DNA of 64,000 bases from an uncultured Clostridia bacterium (GTDB lineage: Bacteria > Bacillota > Clostridia > TANB77 > CAG-508), in the NCBI GenBank assembly GCA_947626335.1, contig CANQRY010000002.1:3759-67758 (forward strand). The letters are read 5' to 3'. The notes beneath the pieces were generated by a model that searched no databases, was not told where the DNA came from, and saw nothing but the letters and a program-made list of their open reading frames with translations. The position numbers were made by a program, and so were the translations under genes. Shown piece after piece: positions 9,961-20,143 of this stretch. Position 1 is the stretch's first letter; each line of letters begins with the position of its first letter.

Positions 9961-10824
9961 TTGGAAATAGCAAAAAATTGGAAAGATTACGAAATATTAG
10001 ATATGGCAGATGGTGTAAAATTAGAAAGATGGAAAAACGTCATATTATCTAGACCAGACCCACAAATTATATGGAAAGAAAAATCTTTCCCAGAAAAATG
10101 GAAAAATGTTAATGCCACATATCACAGAAGTTCATCAGGAGGTGGCGGCTGGAAATATGCTAAAAAAATGCCAGAGAATTGGGAAATATCATATAAAGAT
10201 TTAAAATTTAAAATTAAACCAATGGGATTTAAACACACTGGCTTATTTCCAGAGCAAGCTGTTAACTGGGACTGGATGATTGAAAAAATTAAAAATGCAA
10301 AAAGACCTATTAAAGTATTAAACTTATTTGCATATACAGGTGGTGCAACAGTAGCTTGTAGTTATGCAGGAGCAGAAGTATGCCATGTAGATAGCTCTAA
10401 AGGTATGGTAACATGGGCAAAAGAAAACTTAAAAGCATCAGGTTTAGAAAATAATCCTGTTAGATTTATTGTTGACGATGTTTTCAAATTTGTAAATCGC
10501 GAAATAAGAAGGGGTAACAAATATGATGCAATTATTATGGATCCACCTTCTTATGGTAGAGGCACAAATGGAGAGGTATGGAAATTTGAAGAAAACCTAG
10601 AAGAATTAGTGGAGCTATGTTCTAAGGTTTTATCAGATAATCCACTATTTTTCTTAATAAACTCATATACAACTGGGATCTCAAGCAAAGTTTTAGAAAA
10701 TATTTTAAGTTTAACTATAAATAAAACACATATTGGAAAAGTTACAAGTGGAGAAATAGGACTTCCAATGACAAGTTCTAGCTTAGTACTTCCATGTGGC
10801 ATTTATGGCAGATGGGAGAGCTAA
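9961..10824 (+). CDS. class I SAM-dependent methyltransferase (RlmI/YwbD-like)
   Basis: VLNLFAYTGGATVA (motif I) and IIMDPPSYGRG (motif IV). TTG start. Confidence 0.75.
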   Translation: MEIAKNWKDYEILDMADGVKLERWKNVILSRPDPQIIWKEKSFPEKWKNVNATYHRSSSGGGGWKYAKKMPENWEISYKDLKFKIKPMGFKHTGLFPEQAVNWDWMIEKIKNAKRPIKVLNLFAYTGGATVACSYAGAEVCHVDSSKGMVTWAKENLKASGLENNPVRFIVDDVFKFVNREIRRGNKYDAIIMDPPSYGRGTNGEVWKFEENLEELVELCSKVLSDNPLFFLINSYTTGISSKVLENILSLTINKTHIGKVTSGEIGLPMTSSSLVLPCGIYGRWES

Positions 10825-10923
10825 TATCTAAGTGTATATTACTATTTGTATAGTAGACACTTGTTTATTAATAGATATTAACTTTGGGCACGTGGAAGGA
10901 TAAAACTATAAGTAGGAGATAAA

Positions 10924-11610
10924 ATGGAGCAAATAAAAGTAATTTATGAAGATAACCATGTAATAGTAGTACAAAAGCCTGTTAATATTCCATCACAAGC
11001 AGATAAAACAGGGGATATTGACATGCTATTTTTAATAAAAAAATATATAAAAGAAAAATACCAAAAGCCAGGTAATGTATATTTAGGGCTAGTTCATAGG
11101 TTAGATAGACCTGTTGGAGGTGTAATAGTTTTTGCTAAAACTTCAAAAGCTGCAGCAAGGTTAAGTAGTCAGGTAAGAGAAAAGCAATTTCAAAAAACAT
11201 ATTTGGTAATTGCAAATGGTAAAATGGAAAAGTCAAAAGATACTTTAGAAGATTACTTATTAAAAAATGAAAAGACCAATATGAGCAAAGTAGTAGAAAG
11301 TGGAACTAAAAATAGTAAGCTTGCTATACTTGATTATGAGGTAATAAAATATGAACCAGAAATAGATTTATCTGTTTTAAAAGTTAATTTGCATACTGGA
11401 AGGCATCATCAAATAAGAGTGCAGTTAGCTAGCAGAAATCATAGTATTTATGGAGACCAAAAATATGGTGGAAGAGGACATGGAAAACAAATTGCTCTTT
11501 GGGCATACGAGCTAAAATTTTATCATCCAATTACAAATGAGCTTTTAACTTTTCACTCCATACCAGAATACATTGGAAGTTGGAAAATACTAGAAGGACT
11601 TGAAATTTAA
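10924..11610 (+). CDS. RluA-family pseudouridine synthase
   Basis: Catalytic motif HRLDRPVGGVIVFAKT and the GRHHQIRVQL block. Confidence 0.85.
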   Translation: MEQIKVIYEDNHVIVVQKPVNIPSQADKTGDIDMLFLIKKYIKEKYQKPGNVYLGLVHRLDRPVGGVIVFAKTSKAAARLSSQVREKQFQKTYLVIANGKMEKSKDTLEDYLLKNEKTNMSKVVESGTKNSKLAILDYEVIKYEPEIDLSVLKVNLHTGRHHQIRVQLASRNHSIYGDQKYGGRGHGKQIALWAYELKFYHPITNELLTFHSIPEYIGSWKILEGLEI

Positions 11611-11773
11611 AAATTTCAAGTCCTTTAACGCATAAATTTACAAAAATATCACGAAATTATATAAAACAAATTTCAACATTTTTCGCGAATGAAATTTATA
11701 AATTCATAAAGAAAAATGTTATAAAAAATATTTTACTATTAAAATAATTATAGAAAAAGTTTCGAGGTAAAAT

Positions 11774-12394
11774 ATGATTGATAAAATGTGTGATTTTATA
11801 ACAAATAAAATTAAGCAAAATGTTGAAAATATAGACGAAGAAAAAGAAGCTGTAATTAGATTTGGAGTATTACTTATTTTTGGTGAATTACCTAAAATTA
11901 TTATATTATTTGCCATTGGATTTTTGCTAGGAATAGGATGGTATACTCTTATCTTCTTTTTACTATTATGCCCTTATCGTAGTTTTACAGGTGGTTTGCA
12001 TTTAAAAACACATTTAGGTTGCATGATTATGACTGTTATTCTATATCTTAGTCCAATATTACTTGCAAAATATTTAGATATAGAGCAAAACTATATTTTA
12101 TATATAATGGCAGGATTTGTAGCAGTATTTAGCATATATATAATTGCCAAATATGCTCCAGCCGATACTGAAAACATACCAATATTAACTAAAAAAGAAA
12201 GAAAATCTAAAAAAATAAAAGCATATATTTCACTTATATTTTTAACGGCAATTATTTTGCTTTATCCAAATAAAATGTTTGCATATATGTTAATATATGG
12301 AATGTTTTTACAAAATTTAACAGTTTTACCAATATCATATAAAATAACAAATTGTAAACATGGTTATGAAGTTTATACAGAAGAAATAGTATAA
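11774..12394 (+). CDS. agrB: accessory gene regulator B (AgrD-processing membrane peptidase)
   Basis: Polytopic 206 aa protein with the AgrB signature RSFTGGLHLKTHLGC (His/Cys catalytic pair), directly upstream of an AgrD-like ORF. Confidence 0.85.
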   Translation: MIDKMCDFITNKIKQNVENIDEEKEAVIRFGVLLIFGELPKIIILFAIGFLLGIGWYTLIFFLLLCPYRSFTGGLHLKTHLGCMIMTVILYLSPILLAKYLDIEQNYILYIMAGFVAVFSIYIIAKYAPADTENIPILTKKERKSKKIKAYISLIFLTAIILLYPNKMFAYMLIYGMFLQNLTVLPISYKITNCKHGYEVYTEEIV

Positions 12395-12458
12395 ATAAAG
12401 GTAATAAAGCATTTGCCGGCAATGCTTATTATAAATTTATTTTTAAGGGGGAATACAA

Positions 12459-12578
12459 ATGTTAAAATTATTAGCTAAAGTAGCTGAAAAATACGCAAAA
12501 TCTACAAATACATCATGCTTCATTTTTGCAATTGGACATCAACCAAAAATGCCTGCATCATTGATTAAAAAAGATTAG
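12459..12578 (+). CDS. agrD: AgrD-like autoinducing peptide precursor (39 aa, below the ORF-track cutoff)
   Basis: Own translation: MLKLLAKVAEKYAKSTNTSCFIFAIGHQPKMPASLIKKD. It has an amphipathic leader, a single Cys followed by 4 hydrophobic residues, and a Pro-containing charged tail. GGGGGA lies 6 nt upstream. Confidence 0.7.
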   Translation: MLKLLAKVAEKYAKSTNTSCFIFAIGHQPKMPASLIKKD

Positions 12579-12634
12579 TTTAAAAACGTAAAAAATATAA
12601 ATATTTCCTTAAAACATAAAAACGACAAATTTTA

Positions 12635-12668
12635 GAGAAGAGTAGCTTATATTGCTACTCTTTTTTCT
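12635..12668. terminator. bidirectional terminator between agrD and the convergent kinase gene
   Basis: gagaagagtagc ttatatt gctactcttttttc. Confidence 0.65.
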
Positions 12669-12685
12669 GATATAAAAACAATTAT

Positions 12686-14041
12686 TTAATAATAAATTTC
12701 AAATTGTTGTACAAAAAATTCATCATTTTTAGTTGTATATAAATTTAAGTTATTATTTTTCTTTAGAATTTGCCTTACTTCCCAAAGCCCTAGTCCACTA
12801 TTGGTCTTTTCAGATTTAGTAGAAAAATCTTTTTCAAATATACGATCTAAATCAATTTCCTTATCTTTATATGTATTTTCTATAACCATTACTAAACGTT
12901 TCCTGTTCTCTTCATTTCTAAAACTTACATGTATTATCTTGTTTTTGCATTCTTTAGCAGCTTCTATTGCATTATCCATTAAAATACCAAGTATTCTAGT
13001 AAAATCATAAAGTTTCATATGTTTTTCTATTTCGTTTAAATCCATAAAAACACCCAAATTAATTTGAACATCTATTTCGTCTGCTTTATGATATTTAGAA
13101 GCCATTATGTTATATATAACAGGATTATTAACAATACTAGGATTTAGTGCAGTTAAATTATTAACACGATTACATTCTTTTAAAAGTTGCGAATAATATT
13201 TTTTAAGTCCTTCCATATCATTTGTTTCAATATATCCACCAATACCTTGAACAATATTATTAAAATCATGTTTAAATCCTCTCATACCATCATGTAGCAA
13301 AGTTAAAGTTTTATTATATAATTGTGCTTCTTCTAAATCTTGGGTTGTAGTTTCTAATTGATTAGTATTAAATAAGCTATAAAGACTTATAAAGAAATAA
13401 GCAAATAAACCAACAATACTAATGATAGTTATAATTATTGGCATTGTATTACTATAAAATGAAATTAGATAAAGTTGAGCACAAATTGTAAGAATTCCTA
13501 GTACAGTATTTATAACAAATAGTATCTTATGTTTCTTCGTCATATTACTTATATTAATATGAAATTTAAAATAACGAACAATTCTATAAATAAAATATAT
13601 TAATATATAAATACTAAAAGTAAATGTAGCTCTATATAAAGGAACTGTCATAGCAAGTTCATGAGGTATATTTAAAACACTTAAAAAAAATTGAAACATA
13701 AATAAATCTAAAATTGTACTTACTACAATTGGAATAAATATAGCAATTAAAGATTTAAATAAATTAGCTCTTAAAATAAACTTTACTAAAAGGAATACAG
13801 AAATAAAATTTATAAAAGTAGCATAAGGATCAGGTATAAAATTTCTAGTGATAAAAGCAACTAAAACGAGGCAAATAACATATATTATTTTTGCTTTTTT
13901 TGAAGATTTAATATTTAAAAGTGTAGTAAATAATAGCATGTTTACAGTAGCTTCCATAAAATAAAGTGGGAAGCAAATAACATCTACAAACTCATTTTCT
14001 GTTGTTAATGCTGTCCAAATAGTTTGAAAAATTTCCATCAT
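12686..14041 (-). CDS. AgrC-like membrane sensor histidine kinase (GHKL, LytTR-partnered)
   Basis: N-terminal multi-TM sensor with a C-terminal HK core (FKHDFNN, MDNAIEA, SGLGLW). Start trimmed to the ATG at 14041, which has a GGAGG 6-7 nt upstream. Confidence 0.8.
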   Translation of the reverse strand: MMEIFQTIWTALTTENEFVDVICFPLYFMEATVNMLLFTTLLNIKSSKKAKIIYVICLVLVAFITRNFIPDPYATFINFISVFLLVKFILRANLFKSLIAIFIPIVVSTILDLFMFQFFLSVLNIPHELAMTVPLYRATFTFSIYILIYFIYRIVRYFKFHINISNMTKKHKILFVINTVLGILTICAQLYLISFYSNTMPIIITIISIVGLFAYFFISLYSLFNTNQLETTTQDLEEAQLYNKTLTLLHDGMRGFKHDFNNIVQGIGGYIETNDMEGLKKYYSQLLKECNRVNNLTALNPSIVNNPVIYNIMASKYHKADEIDVQINLGVFMDLNEIEKHMKLYDFTRILGILMDNAIEAAKECKNKIIHVSFRNEENRKRLVMVIENTYKDKEIDLDRIFEKDFSTKSEKTNSGLGLWEVRQILKKNNNLNLYTTKNDEFFVQQFEIYY

Positions 14042-14738
14042 TAAATACCTCCATAAAATTATTTTTATATTTAGGTCCAATAAAGCATTTAGCATTTTCA
14101 TTATTATCTAAAAAAATAGTATTATTACTAGTGCTTATATCAGTAATTTTTTCAGTGTTAACAATATATGATTTATGGCATTGAACAAAATTGTCTGAAA
14201 GCTGTGGCATAATTTTTCTAAAGGAACTATATGTTTCGTAATTTCTTGTATCTGTATGAAATACTACTTTCATTCCATCCTTTTGAATATATTGGATACT
14301 ATCTTGTCTAATAATTGTTTTGTTATTATCTAATCTAACAAAACTAGTTTCACTTCCAGAAGCATCTTCAAATAACCTAACTAGAGTTTCTTCTAATCTT
14401 TCAGCAGTTATTGGTTTAGGCAGATAATCAAAAGTTTTATATTTATATGCTACTAAACCATACTCTAAATGGCCAGTAGTAAATATAATATAAATGTTTT
14501 TATCTTTTTTACGAATCATATTTGCTAAATCTAAACCAGATATTTTAGATTTCAAATCAATATCTAAAAACACAACATTAACGTTGTGACTACGAATATA
14601 ATTTATTAGCTCCTCTGGCTTAGTTGTACTAAGAACAATTTGAGCGTCAAACTTTTTGCTTATGAAAATTGACTCTAACATTTTTTCTAACCTATTAAGA
14701 ATATTAATATTATCATCGCATAATATAAAATCTAACAT
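13992..14738 (-). CDS. LytTR-family response regulator (AgrA-like)
   Basis: Receiver domain (ILCDDN...VFLDIDL) plus a C-terminal LytTR DNA-binding domain. It overlaps the kinase start. Confidence 0.85.
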   Translation of the reverse strand: MLDFILCDDNINILNRLEKMLESIFISKKFDAQIVLSTTKPEELINYIRSHNVNVVFLDIDLKSKISGLDLANMIRKKDKNIYIIFTTGHLEYGLVAYKYKTFDYLPKPITAERLEETLVRLFEDASGSETSFVRLDNNKTIIRQDSIQYIQKDGMKVVFHTDTRNYETYSSFRKIMPQLSDNFVQCHKSYIVNTEKITDISTSNNTIFLDNNENAKCFIGPKYKNNFMEVFNDGNFSNYLDSINNRK

Positions 14739-15094
14739 AATTTTATCTCCTGTAATTTTAAAATCTTTTGTACAAAGAGTAATCGACAGAAAATGTCAAT
14801 ATTACCCAGAAATTTCCAACTATGTATATATAATATAATTAATATAAACATATTGTCAAGTAATTCTAAAAAATATTTTACAACAACGCAAAGCCTTGAA
14901 AAATCAAGACATAACAACATTTATAAAAAATAAAAGTCAATAAATATAAGGAAAAAATTAACAAATAAAATCGACAAAATTTTTTAAATTTAAGTATTCT
15001 TATTTTATAATATTATCAAAGTAATAATATTTATTTTAACTCATAAAATTAAAAAGAATAATATATTTAAAATTGGGAAGGAAACTGATGAATT

Positions 15095-15910
15095 ATGAAT
15101 AAAAAAAGAAAAATAATAAATGTTGTTTGTAGCATAATTTTTATATTTGTATTTTCTTTAGCAGTATTTAAAGCAAATAAAAGCGAAAACACTCTTCAAG
15201 TAAGCTCTAATGGAGCATTAAGTAATCAAAAAATAGGGTGGGGTATTAAAAGAGTAGAAAACCATGCTCAGCCTGATTTAGGAAGTAAAAACAAAGAACT
15301 TATAAATAAATATGAAGGAATTGCAATAGGAAATAGTGATAAAAAATACGTGTATTTAACTTTTGATGAAGGATACGAAGCAGGTTATACACCTCAAATA
15401 TTAAATACGCTTAAAAATAACAATGTAAAAGCATGCTTTTTTATTACAGCACATTTTTTAAATACACAGGAAGGGTTAGTAAAGCAAATGCTTGATGAAG
15501 GGCATATTGTAGGAAATCATACAGTAAATCATAAATCAATGCCAGATCTATCAAACGAGCAAATAAAAAAAGAGGTTATGGATTTACATACAGCTATTTA
15601 TACAAAGTTTGGCTATGAAATGAAGTATATACGACCACCAAAAGGAGAGTTTAGTGAGAGAACAATAAATTATACAAATACTCTCGGCTATAAAACTGTT
15701 ATGTGGTCTTTTGCCTATGATGATTGGAATGAAAATAACCAAGGTAGAGAAGAATATGCCAAAAAGAAAATATTAGATAATATTCATAATGGAGCTGTTA
15801 TTCTTCTTCATGGAAACTCAAAAGACAACACAAATATATTAGACTTTTGTATAAAAGAAATAAAAAATATGGGCTATGAGTTTAAAACTTTAGATGAATT
15901 TCAAAGATAG
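15095..15910 (+). CDS. polysaccharide deacetylase, PdaA-like (spore cortex delta-lactam biosynthesis)
   Basis: Signal/TM segment, then NodB blocks TFDEGYEAGYT, GHIVGNHTVNH and YIRPPKGEFS. Confidence 0.8.
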   Translation: MNKKRKIINVVCSIIFIFVFSLAVFKANKSENTLQVSSNGALSNQKIGWGIKRVENHAQPDLGSKNKELINKYEGIAIGNSDKKYVYLTFDEGYEAGYTPQILNTLKNNNVKACFFITAHFLNTQEGLVKQMLDEGHIVGNHTVNHKSMPDLSNEQIKKEVMDLHTAIYTKFGYEMKYIRPPKGEFSERTINYTNTLGYKTVMWSFAYDDWNENNQGREEYAKKKILDNIHNGAVILLHGNSKDNTNILDFCIKEIKNMGYEFKTLDEFQR

Positions 15911-15922
15911 GAGAATGCTAAA

Positions 15923-16213
15923 ATGCCGAACAAAAATAGAAAAGTACAAAGTAAAGTTAGTAGGTTATTAGACCTGCCTCAAGAAATATCTACAAATCTT
16001 CCTAAAATTACAATAGTAGGCTTTGAAAAAATGCTTATTGAAAACTATAAGGCAATTTTAGAATATCAAGAACATTTTGTGCGTGTAAGCACACACATTG
16101 GAATTTTAAATATTAGTGGTTATAACCTTAATTTAAATGAAATGACAACAGACGATCTTTTAATTACAGGAACAATAGACGGAATCGACTTTGAAAGTAT
16201 CTCAGAAGAATAA
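15923..16213 (+). CDS. yqfC: sporulation protein YqfC
   Basis: 96 aa YabP/YqfC family protein (LPKITIVGFEKMLIENYKAILEYQ...) followed by yqfD. Confidence 0.85.
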   Translation: MPNKNRKVQSKVSRLLDLPQEISTNLPKITIVGFEKMLIENYKAILEYQEHFVRVSTHIGILNISGYNLNLNEMTTDDLLITGTIDGIDFESISEE

Positions 16214-16234
16214 GCAAAAGGGGGATAACAAAAA

Positions 16235-17419
16235 TTGTACTTTAAAATATTGCTAAATATTATTTTAGGCTATGTTTCCATCGAAGTAGAAGGCTATTTT
16301 ATAGAACGCTTTATGAACTTATGCAATAAAGAAAAAATATTCTTATGGGGTATAAAAAGGTCTCATTCTACTAAAGTAAGAGTAAATGTAGGGTTAAAAG
16401 ATTTTAAAAGATTAAAACCAATTATCAAAAAAACAAAATGCAGAGTAAAAATAAATAAAAAGAAAGGCGTTCCTTTTTTACTTCATCGTTATCAAAAAAG
16501 AAAAATATTTTTTGCATTATTCTTAATAATTATTTTATCAATTATTTTACTATCTAATTTTATTTGGAATATTGAAGTTACAGGAAATAATAGAATACCA
16601 AAAGAAGAAATACTAAGTATATTGCAAAATAATAATTTAAAAATAGGCAAATGTAAAATTGGTTTAAAAACTAATAGTATAGTTCAGCAAATTAGATTAG
16701 AGAGAAATGATATTGCATGGGTTGGAATTGATATAAAAGGAACTAATGCAATAGTTGAAATTGTAGAGGCAGATTTAAAGCCAGAAATAATAAATGAGGA
16801 TGAATTTTGTAATATTATTGCAACAAAAGACGGAATAATAACAAAAATAACGGCACAAAACGGCACACCCGTAGCAAAGCAAGGAGATATGGTTACAAAA
16901 GGTAGTGTGCTAATAGGCGGATGGCTAGAAGGTAAGTTTACAGGAACGAGATATGTGCATGCAAATGGCGAAATTCAGGCAAGAGTATGGTATTCTGAAA
17001 AAACAAAAATTCCCCTAAAACAGCTGGAAAAAGTGCCAACAGGCAAACAGGAAAATAAATATTCCGTAAAGATAAATAATTTTAAAATAAATTTGCTAAA
17101 AGGGGTTTCAAAATTTGAAAAGTATGATACAATAGAAACGACAAAAAAATTAAAATTATTTTCTAATTTTTATCTACCAATTGAAATATACAAAAAAACC
17201 TTTAGTGAGTACCAAGAGAAAGAAATAAATTACACAGTAGAAGAAGCAAAAAGCATTGGAATTGCACAGGCTCAGCAAAAGCTAGAAGGTAAAGTAGAAA
17301 ACAAAGAATTAATTGTAGATAAAAAAATATATACAAAACAAAACGAAAACTATGTCGAAGTTGAAGTTATTTATGAAGTATTAGAAAACATCGGGACGAA
17401 AGAAAAAATTGTATTTTGA
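16235..17419 (+). CDS. yqfD: sporulation protein YqfD
   Basis: 394 aa with a central TM helix and the typical YqfD layout downstream of yqfC. TTG start. Confidence 0.85.
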   Translation: MYFKILLNIILGYVSIEVEGYFIERFMNLCNKEKIFLWGIKRSHSTKVRVNVGLKDFKRLKPIIKKTKCRVKINKKKGVPFLLHRYQKRKIFFALFLIIILSIILLSNFIWNIEVTGNNRIPKEEILSILQNNNLKIGKCKIGLKTNSIVQQIRLERNDIAWVGIDIKGTNAIVEIVEADLKPEIINEDEFCNIIATKDGIITKITAQNGTPVAKQGDMVTKGSVLIGGWLEGKFTGTRYVHANGEIQARVWYSEKTKIPLKQLEKVPTGKQENKYSVKINNFKINLLKGVSKFEKYDTIETTKKLKLFSNFYLPIEIYKKTFSEYQEKEINYTVEEAKSIGIAQAQQKLEGKVENKELIVDKKIYTKQNENYVEVEVIYEVLENIGTKEKIVF

Positions 17420-17433
17420 AAGGAAGAAAAGCT

Positions 17434-18651
17434 ATGGAAGAAAGAAGTTTAAGAGTATATCAAGAGAAAACCTTTTTCTCAAGGCTAAGCAAAACTATTA
17501 CTAAATTACTAATCCCAACTAAAATAGGAATTAACGGAATATTAATTTCTATAAAAAGAAACAATGCAATTAAAGCTTATGAAGCATATGTTAATAGTGA
17601 AAATTCAAATGACCAAGCAAAGCAAGAGCAATTAAACAAAAAGTTTGAAGACGTATATGCTTTATATTTAGAGTCAATTGATAAATATATATTAGATTCA
17701 ATTTATAAAAAAGTAAAAAACGATACAGCTTCAGACTTTGAGAGAAATGCTTTATCTCAGTACTATGTAATTACTCATTTAAAAGAAACAGAGTACCTAG
17801 AATACAAATACAAAAAGCAAATGTATTTATTAAATATAGATAATGAAACTGTAGAAACTTTAAATAAACCAGCTTTAACAGAAAAATATAAAAAATTATA
17901 TGTTTACGAAATGGAAAGCTTATATAAAGGCTTACTAAAACATTATTCTATAAAGCTTGCCGATAACCTAAGCTTAGGTGCAAAAGAAGAAATATATAAC
18001 AAAATTTTTACTGCACTTGAAGGCTACATTGAAGACATTTTACCAATTAAAATGGAACAAGAAAGAAGTAACAAAGTATATGAGCAAATTCTAGAAGAAT
18101 ATCAAAACTTTGAAAAATTTACTATTGGCAAATTAGATCAAAATGATAATATAGAAAAAAATATGGTGCTATTAGGTTTAAGCAGAAAATTATTTACACA
18201 TAGCTTGCCATTAATAGTAGCAGAGCAATGCTATGAAAAATTATTACAAGACACAAGAAGTCTTATTGTAGATACTAAAATATCACGTAAACAAGAAAAA
18301 GCATACTCATTATTAATGAATTTAATAGAAGAATATGATGTAAAATTATTATCTACAAAAATATATTGGGATAAACCACAAGAAAGAGAAAATTATAAAA
18401 ACTTCTGGAAAGAATATGAAGAAATTAGCAAAAGTAAAGTACAAAATTACATAGATTATACAAAACAAAAACAAATATTATTTTTAAGAAATGAACTTAA
18501 AAAATTACGTAAAGATCCTAATAAATACTATAAAATACTTCAATTTTACTATAATAAACTAGTAGATTTAGGCGCAATGAAAAATTTAAAAAATGCATGT
18601 ACGTCTACAGGTACATATGTAAAAAACAAAAATAAAGTTGAAGCTAAATAA
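17434..18651 (+). CDS. hypothetical Lys/Glu-rich helical protein
   Basis: Long ORF with no motif I recognise. Start trimmed to the ATG at 17434 (AAAGGAAG upstream). It occupies the slot where phoH/yqfF usually sit. Confidence 0.5.
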   Translation: MEERSLRVYQEKTFFSRLSKTITKLLIPTKIGINGILISIKRNNAIKAYEAYVNSENSNDQAKQEQLNKKFEDVYALYLESIDKYILDSIYKKVKNDTASDFERNALSQYYVITHLKETEYLEYKYKKQMYLLNIDNETVETLNKPALTEKYKKLYVYEMESLYKGLLKHYSIKLADNLSLGAKEEIYNKIFTALEGYIEDILPIKMEQERSNKVYEQILEEYQNFEKFTIGKLDQNDNIEKNMVLLGLSRKLFTHSLPLIVAEQCYEKLLQDTRSLIVDTKISRKQEKAYSLLMNLIEEYDVKLLSTKIYWDKPQERENYKNFWKEYEEISKSKVQNYIDYTKQKQILFLRNELKKLRKDPNKYYKILQFYYNKLVDLGAMKNLKNACTSTGTYVKNKNKVEAK

Positions 18652-18681
18652 AAATATTTCTAAGGAGAAAATAATATAAAA

Positions 18682-19182
18682 ATGTATACAGTAACAGAAG
18701 TAATTTTTAAAGATATAGCAAAAAACTTAAAAATAGAAAACTTAACTGAAAAAGTTATTCAAAAATGTTTTGAGGTAGAGAATATAAATCCTACCTCTTT
18801 CTATATATGTGTTACTTTCACAAACCCTAACAATATTCAAGAGTTAAATAATGAGTATAGAAACATAAATAAGCCAACAGACGTATTATCATTTCCAATG
18901 TTTGAAAAAGAAGAATTAGACAATTTAATAGGAAAAGCATTATTAAAAAAGCCATCAGAAAACGGCGCTTTACAAGATATTTTGGGAGATATAATAATTT
19001 CTATACCAAAAGTAGAAGAACAAGCAAAAGAATATGGGCATAGTTTTGAAAGAGAACTTGCATATATGTTAGTTCACGGATTTTATCATTTACGAGGCTA
19101 TGACCATATGGTAGAAGAAGAAAAAGTTAAAATGAGAGAAAAAGAAGAAAATGTTTTATCAAAGCTAAATATAAATAGATAA
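18682..19182 (+). CDS. ybeY: rRNA maturation RNase YbeY
   Basis: Zn motif HGFYHLRGYDH. Confidence 0.9.
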   Translation: MYTVTEVIFKDIAKNLKIENLTEKVIQKCFEVENINPTSFYICVTFTNPNNIQELNNEYRNINKPTDVLSFPMFEKEELDNLIGKALLKKPSENGALQDILGDIIISIPKVEEQAKEYGHSFERELAYMLVHGFYHLRGYDHMVEEEKVKMREKEENVLSKLNINR

Positions 19183-19249
19183 AGCTTATGCTAAAAAATG
19201 CAGTTTGTATTAAAACCTAAATAAGTAGGGTAGAAGGGAATATTTAACT

Positions 19250-20038
19250 ATGAAAAATAAAGAAAAAGAAGAAAAAATAAATAATGAAGAAACAAACAAA
19301 GACCCAAGAATAAAAAATCATAGCTTAATAGATCCATGGAAAAATGCTTTTAATGGAATTATTTATGCAACTACTACACAAAGTAACATAAAGAAACAAC
19401 TAGTAATTGCAGTAATAGTAGTAATTATTAGTATGTTTTTTAATTTAAATAGGGCAGAATTCTTATGCTTTTTATTTACTATTGTTTTAATAATATTTGC
19501 AGAAATGGTAAATACAGCCATAGAAACAGTAGTAGACTTATACATTGACGTATACCATCCAAAAGCAAAAATAGCAAAAGACGTTGCAGCAGGAGGAGTA
19601 GTTATTACAACAATAAATGCAATAATTGTAGCATATTTTTTATTCTTTGATAAAATAGCAGACATCGGACTTAATTTTATTAGAAATGTAACAAATACAC
19701 CTGCACATTTAGCATTTTCAGCAATAGTTATTACAATAATTGCAATTTTAGCAGTAATTGCTTATGCAAAATCAAATAAGCATAAAGGATTAAATGAAAA
19801 ATTTGTACCTAGTGGTCATGCAACAATTGGATTTGCTGCAAACACAATTATATGGTTACTAACAGATAATTTTATTATTTTAATATTATCATTAGTAACA
19901 GCAATTTTACTTGCAGAAAGCAGAATTGCAGCAAAAGAGCACAGACTTTCAGAAATAATATTTAGCTTTTGCTTTGGAACAGGAATGGTTTTAATAATAT
20001 ATGGATTAGCAATGGCATTTTGCCACTTTTTAGCTTAA
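19250..20038 (+). CDS. DgkA-family lipid (undecaprenol/diacylglycerol) kinase fused to a PAP2 phosphatase domain
   Basis: N-terminal half has the DgkA block EMVNTAIETVVDL. C-terminal half has PAP2 motifs PSGH and SRIAAKEH. Confidence 0.7.
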   Translation: MKNKEKEEKINNEETNKDPRIKNHSLIDPWKNAFNGIIYATTTQSNIKKQLVIAVIVVIISMFFNLNRAEFLCFLFTIVLIIFAEMVNTAIETVVDLYIDVYHPKAKIAKDVAAGGVVITTINAIIVAYFLFFDKIADIGLNFIRNVTNTPAHLAFSAIVITIIAILAVIAYAKSNKHKGLNEKFVPSGHATIGFAANTIIWLLTDNFIILILSLVTAILLAESRIAAKEHRLSEIIFSFCFGTGMVLIIYGLAMAFCHFLA

Positions 20039-20143
20039 AATTTAAAGAAAGGAGCATGTTAGAAAATAAGTTTTAATTCATGGCTAATTATAAATTTTAG
20101 CTGTGAATATTAACTATAAAGAAACCTAACATTCAAATAAAAG

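Noticed and set aside
14739-15094. LytTR/AgrA direct-repeat boxes (aatcgacagaaaat at ~14793 and aatcgacaaaattt at ~14969).
   Set aside because: The two copies are ~180 bp apart rather than the 12-13 bp spacing typical of AgrA sites. In AT-rich DNA this cannot be distinguished from chance.
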